Part shown: positions 1-8,706 of the stretch, one piece after another
How the letters are laid out: every line of letters begins with the position of its first letter
How positions within the stretch are numbered: position 1 is the stretch's first letter
Source: Chthoniobacterales bacterium
GTDB taxonomy: Bacteria; Verrucomicrobiota; Verrucomicrobiia; Chthoniobacterales; UBA6821
DNA length: 64,000 bases
Direction: 5' to 3'
Assembly: GCA_026461395.1 (NCBI GenBank)
Contig: JAPJNA010000049.1
Span: forward strand, 69,538-133,537
Position numbers and translations under genes: made by a program
The notes under the pieces: generated by a model
Seen by the model: only the letters and a program-made list of their open reading frames with translations
Database searches by the model: none
Told to the model about the DNA's origin: nothing

Positions 1-228
1 GTACGAGGTGCATTCGCCGGTTTGGGAGGGGAGCTCCTGGGGCGTTTGCATGGCCATAGCCGGAGGCACAGCGGAAGATGTAGTAGGTGCGGCGATCGGA
101 TTTGTTGAAACCGGCGCAGGTGAGGTCGAAGGCGATGTGGAGAGACTTCCTTGCTGGGCAGAGGCGAATGCTGTGGAGAGAATCAATAAAACGGCTGGCA
201 GGAAGCTGAAGAAGGATCGACGGAACAT
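1..228 (-). CDS. Partial CDS (N-terminal 76 codons; continues past left window edge): secreted protein of unknown function
   Basis: ATG at 228-226 on the minus strand opens a frame with no stop down to position 1. The N-terminus MFRRSFFSFLPAVLLILSTAFASAQQ is a typical signal peptide, followed by an S/T/P-rich linker. It is absent from the ORF track because it has no stop in the window. I hand-translated it. Confidence 0.5.
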   Translation of the reverse strand, partial: MFRRSFFSFLPAVLLILSTAFASAQQGSLSTSPSTSPAPVSTNPIAAPTTSSAVPPAMAMQTPQELPSQTGECTSY

Positions 229-303
229 GATGATCAGAAACTGACACAAATTCCCGAAGATGCACGCGCCGAAATATCCCTAGAAGCTGATTGTTGCACT
301 AGC

Positions 304-1206
304 CTACACAACGCTTATGAGCGCACTGGCCCTGGGGGTGAGAAGGCTCAGGAACTCGAGGATAGCGGGTTTTTTCGGCATCGGCCGCTTAGTGATAGCG
401 CCCATGGGACGCCACATCCGTTCCGCATCGAGTTGACGTGTGGTCAGGGTGCCCTGCTTGATTTCTTGGCGTACGGAAGTCTCGGGAATAATCGAAATCG
501 CCTGCTCGGCTTCCACGGCGCCCTTCACTGTCTCAATGTTCTCTAATTCCGCGACATAGGAGACCCTCACTCCAGCTGCCCTTAGTGTTTTGTCAAGATA
601 CTGTCGGGTAGGGATGTCCGGCGTGAGTCCAACAAAGCGTTGGCCATCGAGATGCTGAAGCCCCATAGGCTTCTTGCCCGAGAGAGGGTGTCCTGGCGGC
701 ATGACGAGGACCAGTCGTTCCTGCCAGCAGGTGATGGCGCGCAAGCCCGGGCGGGCCTTGGGATAAGCTACGAGTCCGAGGTCAGCGCGTCCATCCTCGA
801 TGGTCTCATAGATCTCCTCGGCCTTGCGGTAGTCGACTTTGACTTCGACTCCGGGATGGGTCTTGCGAAACTGCTTCAGCAGGGGCGGGAGATTGTGAAG
901 GGCGATACTGATGACGCTGGCGATGCGAAGCTTGCCTCCGAGTTCTCCGCGCGCAACACGGAAGCGTGTCCCGAGGCTCTCATAGCGGTTGAGGATGTCT
1001 CGGCAGACCTCGAGATAGACACGCCCTTCGGGAGTGATTTGGAAGGTTTTCCTGCTGCGGTCAATCAAGGGTACGCCGAAGTGTTTTTCCACGGCCCGTA
1101 CCTGCTGGCTCACTGCGCTCTGTGTGATTCCACTCGCTTCGGCGGCGCGGGAGAAATTTCCCGTATCACAGAGATCGCAGAAGACCTTGAATCCCTCGAT
1201 ATGCAT
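304..1206 (-). CDS. LysR-family transcriptional regulator
   Basis: 300 aa. N-terminal wHTH FSRAAEASGITQSAVSQQVRAVEKHFGVPLIDRS, and a C-terminal effector-domain length typical of LTTRs. Divergent from yggS. Confidence 0.9.
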   Translation of the reverse strand: MHIEGFKVFCDLCDTGNFSRAAEASGITQSAVSQQVRAVEKHFGVPLIDRSRKTFQITPEGRVYLEVCRDILNRYESLGTRFRVARGELGGKLRIASVISIALHNLPPLLKQFRKTHPGVEVKVDYRKAEEIYETIEDGRADLGLVAYPKARPGLRAITCWQERLVLVMPPGHPLSGKKPMGLQHLDGQRFVGLTPDIPTRQYLDKTLRAAGVRVSYVAELENIETVKGAVEAEQAISIIPETSVRQEIKQGTLTTRQLDAERMWRPMGAITKRPMPKKPAILEFLSLLTPRASALISVV

Positions 1207-1298
1207 CGGCAGAGTTTGCCGTGATCAGGTGATGAATCCCAAGGCAAAAAACACTTCCTATTCACTTACCCTCACTGCCAACAACCGACTGTAAAACC

Positions 1299-1979
1299 AT
1301 GCCTTCCATCGCTGAAAATCTAGAATCCATCCGTGCGAATATCGCCGACGCGGCGCATCATGCCGGCCGCGAGTTGTCGACTGTTGAGTTGATTGCCGTC
1401 TCCAAGACTTACCCAGCTGATGTCATCCGCGAAGCCGTGGAAGCCGGGCAGGAACTCTTCGGCGAGAATCGTGTTCAGGAGGCTTTGATCAAGATCCCTA
1501 CTCTCCCGGGGCGCCTGCAATGGCATCTCATCGGGCATCTCCAGTCCAACAAGGTCCGAAAGGCATTGCCCTTATTTCAATTGATTCACGGAGTGGACTC
1601 GACCGACCTAGCCAAGGACATCGACCGGATTGCCGGCGAGACGGGGCATCACCCGCGCGTTCTGCTCGAAGTGAATGTCTCGGGCGAGGGAAGTAAGCAT
1701 GGTTTTTCACCCGAGATCTTAGAGCGAGATCTTGAGCTGCTTCTTGCCCTGCCGCGTGTGCAGGTTGAGGGGTTCATGACGATGGCACCGCTTGCGCCGG
1801 AAGCAGAATCGTCGCGCTCTTACTTTGCTTCTCTTAGGGAATTGCGGGATCGGATGTCCGAAAAGGCGGGAGTTCCGTTCGGAACGCTCTCCATGGGGAT
1901 GAGTGGAGATTACCAAGTGGCTGTGGAGGAAGGGGCCACGCTGGTCAGGGTGGGGTCCGCCCTATTCGGGACGCGATAA
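1299..1979 (+). CDS. yggS: YggS-family pyridoxal-phosphate homeostasis protein
   Basis: 226 aa. VELIAVSKTYPADVIREAVEAGQELFGENRVQEA (PLP-Lys context) and LSMGMSGDYQVAVEEGATLVRVGSALFG match the YggS/PROSC fold-type III family. Confidence 0.9.
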   Translation: MPSIAENLESIRANIADAAHHAGRELSTVELIAVSKTYPADVIREAVEAGQELFGENRVQEALIKIPTLPGRLQWHLIGHLQSNKVRKALPLFQLIHGVDSTDLAKDIDRIAGETGHHPRVLLEVNVSGEGSKHGFSPEILERDLELLLALPRVQVEGFMTMAPLAPEAESSRSYFASLRELRDRMSEKAGVPFGTLSMGMSGDYQVAVEEGATLVRVGSALFGTR

Positions 1980-2042
1980 AAAATCCGCCTAATTGAAGAT
2001 TTTTCGGGTAAAAAAGATGACTTTACGCTACCCATAGTGGTC

Positions 2043-2666
2043 ATGTCAGACTTTCACGAAGATAACGACGAGCTGCTGGATCTCGAACAAAACCCCTCTG
2101 CTGAGGAACTCCAGAATCAGGTCAAGAGAGCGCAATCCGAACTTCTTCAACTGCGCCAGCGCCAGGATCAGATCGAGAAAGAAAAGGAGCGTCTCGAGGA
2201 ACTGACTCGCCGGCAGGAGGAACTGGAGCGCGGACGCAATGAGATCGCTGATAAACTCGGTCGCTCCATCATTCTGGTCCAACGTGAAACCGAGGAAGCC
2301 CAGCGGCGTCTTGAACAGCTCAACACCATTCAGGATTCCTTTGCGGAGCATCTTCACAACCTAGAAGAGATCGACCCCAAGTCATGGAACGGCCGTGACC
2401 TGTCCCGTGAATTGACCCGTGCCCTCGGCACCGTCGACGAGGCCCGTGCAGCTTATGCCCGCTCCCACGCCAAGATCGCTCCCATCGGGGATCCTGAGAC
2501 TGGGTTGAACGGCGAGGCCAGAGGACTCTTCCTCGAAGGTGGGGAAGATGAGCAGGGATTCGCCTACTGGCTTCAGAACGGACTGGCCTTCACGCTGCCA
2601 CTCTTGATTCTCGGCACGACAGCCCTGTTTGTCTGGATCTGGCATCTGCTGACAGCTTCTAAATAA
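2043..2666 (+). CDS. Hypothetical tail-anchored coiled-coil protein
   Basis: Charged heptad-like stretch ELLQLRQRQDQIEKEKERLEELTRRQEELERGRNE. Single C-terminal TM LAFTLPLLILGTTALFVWIWHLL. ATG 2043 is preferred over GTG 2037. Confidence 0.6.
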   Translation: MSDFHEDNDELLDLEQNPSAEELQNQVKRAQSELLQLRQRQDQIEKEKERLEELTRRQEELERGRNEIADKLGRSIILVQRETEEAQRRLEQLNTIQDSFAEHLHNLEEIDPKSWNGRDLSRELTRALGTVDEARAAYARSHAKIAPIGDPETGLNGEARGLFLEGGEDEQGFAYWLQNGLAFTLPLLILGTTALFVWIWHLLTASK

Positions 2667-2681
2667 GTAGTCCTTATTTTC

Positions 2682-3110
2682 ATGCCGACTCCCTCTCCCG
2701 GCCGTCGCAATGTCCGTCCACGCGTAGCGGGACAATCGCCCTTGCGCCCGAAAGCGAAGGCTCCGATTAATAACGATCGCCAGCGTCTCGAGAAGGATCT
2801 TGAGGAAATCCGGCAACAGGAACTCAAGCTCAGGAAGCTCGAGGAGGAGATGAGGAGGAAGGTGGAGGAGCTTCCGAAGAAGCTCGAGGAGCGTGACCGC
2901 AAGCAGAGAGAGAGGATCCACAAGCTCGCTGTCCTAACCGCAACCGATCACGTCGGCCGTCCCCAAGACAAGCGCCATGCTCCGCTCCGGCAGGCCAATG
3001 GGACGCGCCGCATGACCCTTTCGGAGCAGCGCAGGTCGCGGATACAATTCCTGATGCTTTGCGCGGTGCTGGCGGTCTTTCTGATTCTTCTTTGGAAATC
3101 CCTTCCCTGA
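2682..3110 (+). CDS. Hypothetical tail-anchored coiled-coil protein, basic N-terminus
   Basis: RQRLEKDLEEIRQQELKLRKLEEEMRRKVEELPKKLEERDRKQRERI, followed by the C-terminal TM IQFLMLCAVLAVFLILLW. It starts 16 nt after the preceding gene. Confidence 0.55.
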   Translation: MPTPSPGRRNVRPRVAGQSPLRPKAKAPINNDRQRLEKDLEEIRQQELKLRKLEEEMRRKVEELPKKLEERDRKQRERIHKLAVLTATDHVGRPQDKRHAPLRQANGTRRMTLSEQRRSRIQFLMLCAVLAVFLILLWKSLP

Positions 3111-3204
3111 GGAAATTATCTGGCATTAGCGTCGACTCGGTCGCGCCGATCGTTGCACCGATAAAATGCTCCTAATTTCTCCGACTGCAGGATAAATTAA
3201 ACCG

Positions 3205-4257
3205 ATGCCAGCGGCCAAGTCACCAAAGACCAAAAGGTCCCAAACAAAGAGCCCTCAAGGGTCTTCTGCTGGTACTGGGGATCGCGATTTAGCGCGGCGT
3301 GCGTACCGCACCATGCTGGAAGCCCGTCTTCTCGAGGAAAAGCTGGCCGCGCTCTACCGTTCCGGAAAAATCGTCGGCGGTGTCTTTCTCGGACGGGGGC
3401 AGGAGGCCCTGAGCGTAGCGCTCGGCGTTCATCTTCGCCGGGGCGATATCTACGCTCCGCTTATCCGCGATCAGGCGGGAAGGTTTGCCTTCGGCGATAC
3501 TATTCTAGACACACTCCGCACCTATCTCGGCTCCTCCCTAGGCTCCATGCGGGGACGCGACGGGAACATTCACCGGGGACGCCCCTCTGAGGGATATCAC
3601 GCGATGATCAGTCACCTAGGGGCCATGGTCTCCACGGTCTGCGGCGGTCTTGTGGCTAAGCGCTTTCGCGGTGAGAAGGGTGCTGTGGGTGCCACCTGCA
3701 TCGGGGAGGGAGGCACTTCGACGGGAAGCTTCCATGAGGGAATGAATATGGCGGCGGTCGAGAACCTCCCGCTTATCGTCGTGGTGGCCAACAATCAGTA
3801 TTCCTATTCGACGCCCAATGATCGTCAGTTTGCTTGTTCTGATCTTCTTTCCAAGGCCACTGGATACGGCGTGGCAGGCCATCGCGCCATTGGCAATAAC
3901 TTGATAGATTGCCTAGCAGTGATTGGCGAAGCGGTCGCCGCCGCGCGTCGGGGCGAAGGTACCCAGTTGGTGGTTGCTGATCTTCTCAGGCTTGTCGGGC
4001 ATGGTGAGCACGACGATGCCTCCTACATCCCCGAGGCGATGAAGAAATCACCACTTGGACGCGATTGTCTGGAACTCGCGAGGCAGTCCCTTATTGAACA
4101 GAAATGGTTGTCCGACGACGAGGCCGGTTCATGGCACGAAGCCGTCGAGAAGGAAGTCGAGGAGACTGCATCCAAAGTCCTTCGCGAACCTGCTCCGGAT
4201 CCATCGGAGGAGGATTGGAATGCCTTTGCCTCCCCTTCCCTTGGCAGGAATCCTTAG
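3205..4257 (+). CDS. TPP-dependent 2-oxoacid dehydrogenase E1 component, alpha subunit (PDH/BCKDH/acetoin type; substrate unresolved)
   Basis: 350 aa. IGEGGTSTGSFHEGMNMAAVENLPLIVVVANNQYSYSTP is the TPP-binding region of heterotetrameric E1 alpha. It is followed by E1 beta and E2. Confidence 0.88.
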   Translation: MPAAKSPKTKRSQTKSPQGSSAGTGDRDLARRAYRTMLEARLLEEKLAALYRSGKIVGGVFLGRGQEALSVALGVHLRRGDIYAPLIRDQAGRFAFGDTILDTLRTYLGSSLGSMRGRDGNIHRGRPSEGYHAMISHLGAMVSTVCGGLVAKRFRGEKGAVGATCIGEGGTSTGSFHEGMNMAAVENLPLIVVVANNQYSYSTPNDRQFACSDLLSKATGYGVAGHRAIGNNLIDCLAVIGEAVAAARRGEGTQLVVADLLRLVGHGEHDDASYIPEAMKKSPLGRDCLELARQSLIEQKWLSDDEAGSWHEAVEKEVEETASKVLREPAPDPSEEDWNAFASPSLGRNP

Positions 4258-4269
4258 CCCAGAGAACCG

Positions 4270-5247
4270 ATGAGCAGCATCACCTATCTTGAAGCGATAC
4301 GCCTAGCGCAGCTGAGGGCTCTGAAGGAGGACCCTAGGGTCTTTATTTATGGGCAAGACATCGGCGTGTTTGGCGGGGCATTCAAGGCCACAAAGAATCT
4401 GGCCAAGGAATTTCCTGGCAGGGTTCTGGATGCTCCGATCAGCGAGGATGCCATGGTGGGACTTGCCATCGGGGCAGCAGTTGAGGGGATGAGACCCATC
4501 GTTGAGATGCAGTTTGCAGACTTCTCCACGTGCGGTTTCAACCAGATTGTCAACCAGGCCGCAACGCTCCACTACCGCACCGGAACACCCTGCCCCATCG
4601 TCGTGAGGCTTCCTAGCGGAGGAACGCCGGGAAGCGGTCCGTTCCACAGTCAGAGCATGGAGGCTATCTACGCCCACTACCCCGGACTCGTCGTGATGAC
4701 TCCTGCGACCGTCGAGGATGCGTACACGATGCTGCTGGAGGCCGTCGAACTGGAGGATCCGGTGATCTTCTGTGAGCATAAGTTCCTTTACTATCATCTG
4801 AAGGCGGAGAGTCTTCCTGCAACAGTCGGTGAGGCGCTTCCCTTCGGAAAAGCGCGGATCGCGCGCCCTGGTAGGGACGCGACAATCGTGGCCTACAGTG
4901 CCATGGTTCACGAGGCATTGGCTGCCGCCGAGGAGCTCATTCAGGATGGTTATGACATCGAGGTGGTGGATCTCAGGACGGTACGTCCGATTGACACAGA
5001 TACGATCCTTGCCTCCGTTGCAAGGACAGGACGACTGCTTGTGGTTGGGGAGGCATGGCCCTGGGGAGGAGTTGCTGCGGAGGTCATCGCGCGTGTCGCC
5101 ACCGAGGGATTTGGTCTTCTGGATGCCCCCCCGCAGCGGCTCAACGCGAAAGAGACGCCTGTTCCCTATCATCCCGCCCTCTGGGGAACCCATCGTCCGA
5201 CAGCCTCCTCCGTGGCCAACTCCCTGAGGCAGCTGTTGGAACTCTAA
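4270..5247 (+). CDS. 2-oxoacid dehydrogenase E1 component, beta subunit
   Basis: 325 aa. ITYLEAIRLAQLRALKEDPRVFIYGQDIG, PISEDAMVGLAIGAA, and a C-terminal transketolase-C-like domain (IEVVDLRTVRPIDTDTI). Confidence 0.92.
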   Translation: MSSITYLEAIRLAQLRALKEDPRVFIYGQDIGVFGGAFKATKNLAKEFPGRVLDAPISEDAMVGLAIGAAVEGMRPIVEMQFADFSTCGFNQIVNQAATLHYRTGTPCPIVVRLPSGGTPGSGPFHSQSMEAIYAHYPGLVVMTPATVEDAYTMLLEAVELEDPVIFCEHKFLYYHLKAESLPATVGEALPFGKARIARPGRDATIVAYSAMVHEALAAAEELIQDGYDIEVVDLRTVRPIDTDTILASVARTGRLLVVGEAWPWGGVAAEVIARVATEGFGLLDAPPQRLNAKETPVPYHPALWGTHRPTASSVANSLRQLLEL

Positions 5248-5285
5248 CTTTTATCGCCCATCGCCCACCCGAACCGCAGACACCC

Positions 5286-6527
5286 ATGTTCCCGTCACCC
5301 GACTCCCCCAATCTCCTCCCAATCATCATGCCCCAACTCGGTGAATCGATCGCTGAGGCAACCATCGTGCGTGTTACCTTTGCGGTTGGCGACCGTGTGG
5401 AGGCTGACAAGGATCTGCTCGAGGTTGAGACCAACAAGGCGGTGATGGGCGTCACCGCTCCCTGTGGAGGCATCCTCCGTGAACTGAGTGCGACCATCGG
5501 CGAGAGTTACGCCGTCGGAGCTACACTCGGCTATCTTGAAATCAGCGAAGAGGATGCTGAAAGACTTGGGCTCAACGACGCTCCTCCCGCGCCGGCGGAA
5601 AAGCCAAAGAAGAAAAAGGCTGCCGGTATTTCGGGGGCAGCCGAGGCGGAGTCGATCAAGCCATCTAGAAAAGCCGTGGAACCGACCGTCAGCGGTCTTC
5701 CTGTGCCCGCCCACGCGGGAGGAGCGAGCTTCCTTTCCCCGCGAATGAAGGCCCGTATGGCCGAGTTGGGTCTTCACGCGGCCGATCTTGCCGGCGTCGC
5801 TGGCAGTGGTGCCGGAGGTCGTGTCACGATCGACGATCTGGAGAGGTTCCTGCAGGATCTCGAGAGGAACACGATTTCTCCCGCCTCCTCCATGAGAGTG
5901 GCTGTGGCTGACGCCATGCGTCGCAGTTGGACCAGGCCGCTTGCAACCGTGGTCCTGCCGGTACAACTCGACATCCTGCTTGCCCACCGCAAGCTTCAGA
6001 CCGTGAAGGCTGGACCAGCCCTCTACGCACTTCGAGCCCTGGCTATCACGCTTTCAGAAATGCCCACCGTGGCAGGGCGTCTCATCGGCGACCGGGTAAT
6101 TCACCCGCGATCCATCGATATCGGATTTGCCGTAGAGGCTGAGGACGGAGTTCTTGTCCCTGTCATCAGGCATGCCGATCAGTCGCCTCTTGTGGATCTT
6201 GTCGAACGCTACAATCGCCTGGTCGAACTTGCCCGTGCCAGGCGCCTTCCTGGATCCGATACTGGAGGCTCCATCGCCACGATCACCAACTACGGCGTCT
6301 TCGGGCTTACCATGGCGACGCCGATTCCCCTGCCGGAACAGAGCATCCTGCTTGGCATCGGGGTGGGCCGGGTTACTCCGTTCTGGGATCAGGAGAAGAA
6401 GGTATTCGTTCCAGTGACGGAAGCACAGTTCACCCTTAGTTTTGACCATCGCGTTCTCGATGGGGGCGCAGCAGGAAGACTTCTTCAGCGTGTATCGAAC
6501 CTCCTCGGCACACCGGAAGAGCTATAG
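5286..6527 (+). CDS. Dihydrolipoamide acyltransferase (E2) of the adjacent E1
   Basis: Lipoyl domain with LEVETNKAVMGV. Peripheral-subunit-binding domain LSPRMKARMAELGL. Catalytic FDHRVLDGGAAGRLL. The ORF-track start at 5055 would overlap E1 beta by about 190 nt, so I used ATG 5286 (ATG 5328 is also possible). Confidence 0.88.
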   Translation: MFPSPDSPNLLPIIMPQLGESIAEATIVRVTFAVGDRVEADKDLLEVETNKAVMGVTAPCGGILRELSATIGESYAVGATLGYLEISEEDAERLGLNDAPPAPAEKPKKKKAAGISGAAEAESIKPSRKAVEPTVSGLPVPAHAGGASFLSPRMKARMAELGLHAADLAGVAGSGAGGRVTIDDLERFLQDLERNTISPASSMRVAVADAMRRSWTRPLATVVLPVQLDILLAHRKLQTVKAGPALYALRALAITLSEMPTVAGRLIGDRVIHPRSIDIGFAVEAEDGVLVPVIRHADQSPLVDLVERYNRLVELARARRLPGSDTGGSIATITNYGVFGLTMATPIPLPEQSILLGIGVGRVTPFWDQEKKVFVPVTEAQFTLSFDHRVLDGGAAGRLLQRVSNLLGTPEEL

Positions 6528-6626
6528 GTCGCTGTCGTATAAGGCCCCAAATCCCTTGCCTGCCAAAAAAAAGGGGTCTCCGCGAAAGTTGGCAACTTTT
6601 GTGAAATCGCGGTGTTATTCCCCGTG

Positions 6627-7355
6627 ATGAAAACACAACCATTGTTCCTAGCGCTGCTTCTTGGCTTTTTACCCCTTTTCCTCAAGGCGCAGAATACCAA
6701 CGTCCCGGACCAAATTCCTCCTCCACCATCTTCAGGTGGGCATGGTCCGATGGCTAATCTAAGCAACACGGATCGGGCCAAGGTTAAAGCTGCACATGAC
6801 AAGGCGATCAAGCAGGACCCTGAGCTGGATCAAAAAATGAAGGCTGCACACCAAACAATGGAGGAAGCTAAAAAATCCATGCACGATGCGATGATCGCAG
6901 TCGACCCGAGTGTCGAGCCTATCCTCGCTAAAATGATGCCTCCAAAATGGGCAGGCAAACACGAGAGTGGCCAAGGTGGCCCAAACAGTCAGAGGGGTGC
7001 TGCCGCTCCTTCCCTTTCAACCAATACCAATGCATGGCAACATCTTGGTCGCCATGAACCTGCGGGAATGGCCAATCTCACGGAGAGCGAGCGCCAGCAA
7101 CTCAAGTCCCTCCATGAGCAGGTGAAGAACGATCCTGCTGTTATTGCCGCCAAGCAAGCAAAGCGGAGCGCAACGAATCCCGAGGCAAGACATGCGGCGG
7201 AGGAGTCCATGCATCAGGTTATCAATGATGCGATAATCAAGGCAGATCCCTCTGTAGAGGCTATCCTTGAAAAACTTCACCCATCTGGTGGAACTGGAGG
7301 TGGAGAAGCGGGACAACCATCAGCCTCGCCTTCAGCGATGCCGATGGCTCAGTAA
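6627..7355 (+). CDS. Secreted helical protein with internal duplication (possible Spy/CpxP-like LTXXQ protein)
   Basis: Signal peptide MKTQPLFLALLLGFLPLFLKAQ (ATG 6627 inside ORF 6612). There are two related modules: NLSNTDRAKVKAAHDKAIKQDPELD...AVDPSVEPILAKMMP and NLTESERQQLKSLHEQVKNDPAVI...KADPSVEAILEKLHP. Confidence 0.65.
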   Translation: MKTQPLFLALLLGFLPLFLKAQNTNVPDQIPPPPSSGGHGPMANLSNTDRAKVKAAHDKAIKQDPELDQKMKAAHQTMEEAKKSMHDAMIAVDPSVEPILAKMMPPKWAGKHESGQGGPNSQRGAAAPSLSTNTNAWQHLGRHEPAGMANLTESERQQLKSLHEQVKNDPAVIAAKQAKRSATNPEARHAAEESMHQVINDAIIKADPSVEAILEKLHPSGGTGGGEAGQPSASPSAMPMAQ

Positions 7356-7386
7356 GCGAAAAGTTCCGCGCATAAAGCAGTTCCTT

Positions 7387-7420
7387 GGGCCGGGTTCCTT
7401 GGAAGTCCGGCCTCTTTCCT
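7387..7420 (+). terminator. Candidate hairpin terminator between convergent genes
   Basis: GGCCGG (7388-7393) pairs with CCGGCC (7407-7412), followed by tctttcct. The T-tract is imperfect. Confidence 0.35.
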
Positions 7421-7430
7421 CAACTCATGA

Positions 7431-7772
7431 TTATCCCTGAGGCTTAATTACCTCTTTTCCTGAAGATCCTTTGGTGTCGATGGTTCCCTTCTGTGGAGTG
7501 GGGGTTGGGAGGCCCTTGTGGAGCATTCTTGTGTAAGGTCCTTCGACGACTTGAGGAAAATAGAGATCGCGGCGGTTTTCCACTGTGGTACAACCCGCAA
7601 GGAAGAGAGTCATGAGTAAAGCAATACCAATACCTACAGGGATGTTGGGAGGAAGTGTATGTTGCACAACTTCGGAGCATACTCGTGCCAGCCGATTCCG
7701 TGTCAAAGAAATTGCCCCTTTCGAACTTCTTCGCAAGGATCCTATCGCGTGCTGCTGGCTTATTATATCCAT
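7431..7772 (-). CDS. Putative small lipoprotein (start codon uncertain)
   Basis: Lipobox LFLAGC preceded by the hydrophobic IGIALLMT. The mature part is P/T/G-rich. The ATG at 7772 would overlap the lgt ORF, and an internal GTG at 7667 is possible. Confidence 0.4.
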   Translation of the reverse strand: MDIISQQHAIGSLRRSSKGAISLTRNRLARVCSEVVQHTLPPNIPVGIGIALLMTLFLAGCTTVENRRDLYFPQVVEGPYTRMLHKGLPTPTPQKGTIDTKGSSGKEVIKPQG

Positions 7773-8702
7773 GACCTGAGTCCCTTCCTGATCCAGATCG
7801 GGGGTTTTGGACTACGCTGGTACGGATTGGCCTATTTAGCCGGCTTCATCGTCGGCATCCTGCTTTATAAGCATCTTGCAAAGCGTGGATATTCCGATCT
7901 GCGTCCTGATCAAGTGACGGATTTTATCACGATGAGTGCGCTCTTTGGGGTGCTCCTGGGGGGGCGTCTTGGCTACATGCTTTTTTACGATGGTGACCGG
8001 TTTTTCCATGATCCCCTGATTTTCTTCCGCGTGTGGGAAGGTGGGATGGCAAGTCATGGAGGCATTCTTGGCCTGACCTTTTACACGATCTGGTACGCTC
8101 GTAGGCACCGGCTTTCTTTCCGGAATCTTGCCGATAATCTCGTGGTGGTGGGCCCGGTCGGAGTCTTTTTCGGACGATGTGCCAACTTTATCAACGGCGA
8201 ACTCTATGGCCGTGTGACCGATGTCTTCTGGGCAGTCCAGTTCCCGAAAGAGATCCTCGTCTACCCTCCGGATCATCTCGAACGATTGCTTTCCAAGACT
8301 GTTGCAGTCGACCCCTCGTTGGGATCCCCCGAGGCGGTGATTGCCGGGGTGACCGCTTCTCAACCGCTTCGTGAACTACTGGCCGTCGAGATCGCTCCGC
8401 GCTATCCCTCCCAGCTTGTGGAGGCCGGACTGGAGGGACTCTTCCTCTTCGCTCTACTCTGGATGCTTCGGACGCGGGTGCGACTTGCCAATGGTGTCCT
8501 GACAGGAGTTTTCTTCATCGCTTACGCGGTTGTGAGATTCCTGGGTGAATGCTTCAGGGAACCTGATGCACCCTTGACCGGAATGCTCACGAGGGGACGA
8601 TTTCTCTCTCTCTTCATGATCCTTATTGGGATCTTTTTCCTACTTTGGGCGCGCTGGAAACCAAGCTATCCGCATCGTTTCACGAAGGTCTCATCATCAT
8701 GA
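7659..8702 (+). CDS. lgt: Prolipoprotein diacylglyceryl transferase
   Basis: GLRWYGLAYLAGF, GGMASHGGILG and the FGRCANFINGELYGR signature. The conserved part begins near GTG 7749, so the true start may be 7749 rather than 7659. Confidence 0.9.
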   Translation: MLHNFGAYSCQPIPCQRNCPFRTSSQGSYRVLLAYYIHDLSPFLIQIGGFGLRWYGLAYLAGFIVGILLYKHLAKRGYSDLRPDQVTDFITMSALFGVLLGGRLGYMLFYDGDRFFHDPLIFFRVWEGGMASHGGILGLTFYTIWYARRHRLSFRNLADNLVVVGPVGVFFGRCANFINGELYGRVTDVFWAVQFPKEILVYPPDHLERLLSKTVAVDPSLGSPEAVIAGVTASQPLRELLAVEIAPRYPSQLVEAGLEGLFLFALLWMLRTRVRLANGVLTGVFFIAYAVVRFLGECFREPDAPLTGMLTRGRFLSLFMILIGIFFLLWARWKPSYPHRFTKVSSS

Positions 8703-8706
8703 CGTC

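Noticed and set aside
8-244. 78-aa plus-strand ORF at the left edge
   Set aside because: The opposite strand gives an ORF with a textbook signal peptide starting at 228 and open to the window edge. The plus-strand product has no features.
4303-5193. 296-aa ORF antisense to E1 beta
   Set aside because: It lies inside a confidently assigned gene and has no motifs.
6589-6603. Sigma-54-like TGGCAA-N-TTGT element upstream of the secreted-protein gene
   Set aside because: The spacing is one nt short of TGGCAC-N5-TTGC and the -12 GC is replaced by GT. No enhancer-binding-protein gene is nearby.
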